Source: a candidate division WOR-3 bacterium
GTDB lineage: Bacteria > Hydrothermota > Tepidihabitantia > SM23-42 > JAOAFX01
NCBI GenBank assembly: GCA_039802005.1
Contig: JBDRVV010000004.1
Span: 31,227-95,226, forward strand
Direction: 5' to 3'
DNA: 64,000 nucleotides
The stretch's first letter is position 1; every line of letters begins with the position of its first letter. Made by a program: the position numbers and the translations under genes. The notes below the pieces were generated by a model. That model was not told the origin of the DNA. It worked only from the letters and a program-made list of their open reading frames with translations, and ran no database searches. Of this stretch, positions 60,644 to 64,000 are shown in pieces.

Positions 60644-61576
60644 ATGAAAATACTTGTTACTGGCGGTGCAGGTTTTATTGGTTCACATATTGTAGATGCT
60701 TATATAAATGAAGGTCATAATGTAGTAATCATTGATGACCTCTCAACCGGTGATATTAAAAATGTAAATTCTAAGGCAATTTTTGTCAAACAGGATATCA
60801 TTAGTCATGAAATTGAAGAAATATTTAAAAGATATAACTTTGACATTGTAAACCATCATGCAGCCCAGATAAATGTGCGTCGTTCTCTTGACGATCCATT
60901 ATTCGATGCCAAGGTAAATGTAATGGGTTCGCTAAATTTACTCAGTCTTTCTGCAAAATATAATGTTAAAAGGTTTATTTTTGCTTCAAGTGGCGGTGCC
61001 ATCTATGGGGAACCCGAAAAATTCCCTATCACCGAAGATTTTAAACCCGAACCACTATCTCCTTATGGTGTTGCAAAACTCACGGTAGAAAATTATATAA
61101 AAGTTTTTGCAAGACTATATAATTTTGATTATGTAATTCTGCGGTACAGTAATGTATACGGTCCAAGACAGATCTCCAAGAGCGAGGCGGGTGTCATATC
61201 AATATTCATAAACCAGATCCTTGAAAATAAAGAATGTTTTGTAAATGGTGATGGTAACCAGGTACGAGACTATGTCTATGTTGGAGATGTAGTAAAAGCA
61301 AATCTCTATGCCCTTAATTCCTGCCCGGGATATTTTAATATTGGCACCGGAATCGAAACCAGTGTCAACGATTTGCTTGATATTTTTAGCACAATACTTA
61401 AAAAAGAGATAGCCCATAAACACCGGGAACCAATACCAGGAGAAGTATTCAAGAATGTCCTTGATTATTCTAAAGCGAGAAAAACTTTTAACTGGTCGCC
61501 CGAAGTTCCGTTGATAAAGGGAATTGAGCTAACCTATAGATATTTTTATAATGAAAGGCAAGGCAAGGTATCTTGA
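60644..61576 (+). CDS. NAD-dependent epimerase/dehydratase (UDP-sugar 4-epimerase-like SDR)
   Basis: 310 aa with an N-terminal GGAGFIGSH Rossmann motif and YxxxK catalytic dyad context (SPYGVAK). Confidence 0.75.
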   Translation: MKILVTGGAGFIGSHIVDAYINEGHNVVIIDDLSTGDIKNVNSKAIFVKQDIISHEIEEIFKRYNFDIVNHHAAQINVRRSLDDPLFDAKVNVMGSLNLLSLSAKYNVKRFIFASSGGAIYGEPEKFPITEDFKPEPLSPYGVAKLTVENYIKVFARLYNFDYVILRYSNVYGPRQISKSEAGVISIFINQILENKECFVNGDGNQVRDYVYVGDVVKANLYALNSCPGYFNIGTGIETSVNDLLDIFSTILKKEIAHKHREPIPGEVFKNVLDYSKARKTFNWSPEVPLIKGIELTYRYFYNERQGKVS

Positions 61577-62441
61577 CCCTGAAGTCTTAGCCCGATTATC
61601 AAATATTGGTATAAAGGCAAGGCTTGTAGTAGAAGGATTTCTGACTGGATTACACCATAGCCCCTACAAGGGTTTTTCTCAGGAATTCACAGATTACCGT
61701 CCTTATATTGCCGGTGATGAAGTAAAGTGGATTGATTGGAAGATATATGCAAGGCGGGACAGATTTTATGTAAAAGAATATCAAGAAGAAACCAATCTCC
61801 GCGGTTATATCTTACTTGATAAAAGTGGTTCAATGGGTTATGGTAAAAAGATAACAAAACTTGAGTATGCAAAATTTCTCAGTGCCTGTATCGCCTATCT
61901 ATTATTCAAACAGCGTGACGGGGTTGGGATAATCACATTTGATACTAAAATCAATGAGTTTATACCACCATCAGCGAGGAAGATTAATTTTACAAGGAGC
62001 ATTGAAGTAATTGATAAAGTAAATCCAGGAAATGAAACATCACTCGCTAATGTATTATTTGACCTTGGTCAGAGGATAAAAAGACGCGGACTCGTAATAC
62101 TCATCTCAGATTTATTTGATGATCCAATACGGGTTTTAAAATCACTAAAATCTTTTCGTGCGCGTAAACATGAAATAATAGTTTTCCAGATAATTGACCC
62201 GGATGAATTTATCTTTCCATTCTCAGAGACCGCACTGTTTCAGGACATGGAAACGAATGAGCATCTTGTTATTGAACCTAAGGCGATAAAACATTCTTAT
62301 CAGAAGAACTTCCGGGCATTCCTTGATTATTACCAGAAAGGTATGTTTGAATCACACATTGATTATGAGTTAATCAACACGACACAAAGTTATGACCGGG
62401 CGTTAATCTCTTATCTCCATAAACGCACAAAACTATTATGA
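61551..62441 (+). CDS. DUF58-domain protein (vWA-like, MoxR-system associated)
   Basis: 296 aa with a DUF58-type core (GFSQEFTDYRPYIAGDEVKWIDWKIYARRDRFYVKEY...LLDKSGSMGYG). It overlaps the epimerase gene by 26 nt. Confidence 0.65.
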   Translation: MKGKARYLDPEVLARLSNIGIKARLVVEGFLTGLHHSPYKGFSQEFTDYRPYIAGDEVKWIDWKIYARRDRFYVKEYQEETNLRGYILLDKSGSMGYGKKITKLEYAKFLSACIAYLLFKQRDGVGIITFDTKINEFIPPSARKINFTRSIEVIDKVNPGNETSLANVLFDLGQRIKRRGLVILISDLFDDPIRVLKSLKSFRARKHEIIVFQIIDPDEFIFPFSETALFQDMETNEHLVIEPKAIKHSYQKNFRAFLDYYQKGMFESHIDYELINTTQSYDRALISYLHKRTKLL

Positions 62442-62443
62442 AA

Positions 62444-64000
62444 TTCCTCAATCCAATTTATCTTTTTGGTTTGGTTCTAATCGCAGTTCCCATAATTATT
62501 CATTTAATGTTCAAAAAGAATTTGAAAAAAGTCCTTTTTTCATCTTTGTTATTTTTAAAAACTTCCGAATCACAGAGGTTGAGATGGCTGAAATTAAAAG
62601 AAATTTTAACATTAATAACCCGCTGTATAATGGTTGCCTCCATATTTTTAGCCCTTGCCAGACCTCAATATGAAGGAAATTTTTTTACGAAGAACAAACT
62701 TGCTGCAGTGTATTTAGTTATTGATAATTCCTTTAGTATGCATTATGGAAAAAATTTTGAAAATGCCTTAAATCAGGCAGAAAAAATTATTAATAATTAT
62801 TCTTCACGAAGCATTTTTTATGTGGTGCCGCTTTGTCTTCAAGACGGATATAACCCATTCTGGGCAGAAAAAAATACCGCACTCAGTCAATTGAAATCCA
62901 TAAAACTATCCTTTGCTACCGGCTCATTAAAAACATTATATGAAAAATTTTTACTGGAACATACGGATATCCCAAAAGAATTCGTGTACATAGGTGATGG
63001 CCAGATTATAAACTTCATAGGCCTTAAAGAGTTAACAAATTTCTACTGGTTTCAAATTCCTGGTGGTAGCAACATCGCTATTGAAAATGTATCACTGAAA
63101 GAACCTTATTTTATTCCCAAAGATAATTATGAATTAAGTGTAAATATCAAAAATTATGGTTCAAAACCATTTTCTACAAAAATTGAACTCACTGCGGGCA
63201 ATTTTTATAGAGACCAAAAATCAATAATTCCTGCTGGGCAGAATATAGATATATCTTTCTCAATACCTTCCTATATCCGCAATGGCATAATAAAGATTGA
63301 AGAAGATAGCCTATCTGATGATAATCAATATTATTTTTCTAAATCACTGCTTGAAAAGATAAGATTGTTAATAGTGGGTGATTCAAAATATATTAAAATA
63401 GCATTAGCCCCTTCCCCGGAAATAAAAACCCCATTTGAAATAGCGAAAGCAAATAGTATAAAAGAATTGGACATTAGACCATATCATATTATTTTAATTA
63501 ATGGAATAGAAGAAATCACTGAATTTGAACTTATAAAACTACAGAATTTTCTTTTCCAGCCAAAGAGCGGTCTGATACTATTTTTAGGACCAATAATCGG
63601 CTCCAATTTAAAAAATTGGATATACAATTATGCTAATCTTGAGGAATTTCTGAATCTTGAAGGTTATGTTACTATAAAATGGATTGATACTGATTATTCT
63701 TTCTTTTCTTTATTCAAAGAAGATGCTGGTTTAAGAGGAGTAAAAATTTTCAAAATGTGGAAAATGAAACCTAAGTCAAAGACTCTGATAAAACTTGATA
63801 ACGATCTGCCGCTTTTAATAAATCAAAATAATATTATGATTTTCCCGACTGTGTTCAGTGATACCTATACCGATATTGTCTATAATCCCAATTTTATCCC
63901 CCTTTTGCATTCCGTTATTTATGGTCTGTTGAACAAAAATGTTGATAATGAATATCACATAGACGAAATTGAACAAAAGGTTAAACTGAAAGAAAAATCA
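62444..64000 (+). CDS. BatA-like aerotolerance-type membrane protein with N-terminal double-TM domain (3' end outside window)
   Basis: The frame is open from ATG 62444 to the window end with no stop. The N-terminus MKFLNPIYLFGLVLIAVPIIIHLMFKK matches the conserved N-terminal double-transmembrane domain family encoded next to DUF58 genes. Confidence 0.5.

Overview
This 64 kb window comes from an AT-rich bacterial chromosome. By eye GC is roughly 35-40%; I did not compute it. Four secreted proteins end in C-terminal sorting domains typical of the type IX secretion system (T9SS). This points to a Bacteroidota, Fibrobacterota or Chlorobiota relative, or a related candidate phylum. Coding density is high and most genes are ordinary housekeeping genes. 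They include thrS-infC-rpmI-rplT-pheS-pheT, rny, zapA, der-plsY-gpsA, accB/accC, uvrA, purB, purQ, a ThiC-family gene and cspA. I found no rRNA, CRISPR array, transposase or integrase.

The most interesting region is a possible dedicated aminolipid or sphingolipid-like pathway split over two loci. Locus A (about 1504-6150, minus strand) is a tightly packed operon. It places a holo-ACP synthase, an AMP-forming acyl ligase and a dedicated acyl carrier protein between tdh and kbl, and ends with a DAO-family FAD oxidoreductase. Locus B (33729-36028, minus strand) is a serine-palmitoyltransferase-like alpha-oxoamine synthase. It overlaps by 4 nt an unusually long (371 aa) GNAT-like N-acyltransferase that may be a ceramide-synthase analogue. 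About 5 kb downstream is a TetR-MMPL-LolA-like-OMP module that could export such a lipid.

Other observations worth a second look:
- a likely 6S RNA in the conserved position downstream of zapA;
- an unlisted ZapB-like micro-ORF with a TTG start overlapping the pheT stop;
- a promoter-driven degenerate duplicate of the 5' half of tRNA-Leu ahead of an intact tRNA-Leu(UAA);
- infC starting at AUU;
- a ThiC-family gene with no TPP riboswitch, apparently co-transcribed with a methyl-accepting chemotaxis protein and a sigma-54 response regulator;
- a four-gene cluster of domains of unknown function (DUF488-DUF72-DUF2007-like-DUF763);
- pilT inserted between accB and accC.
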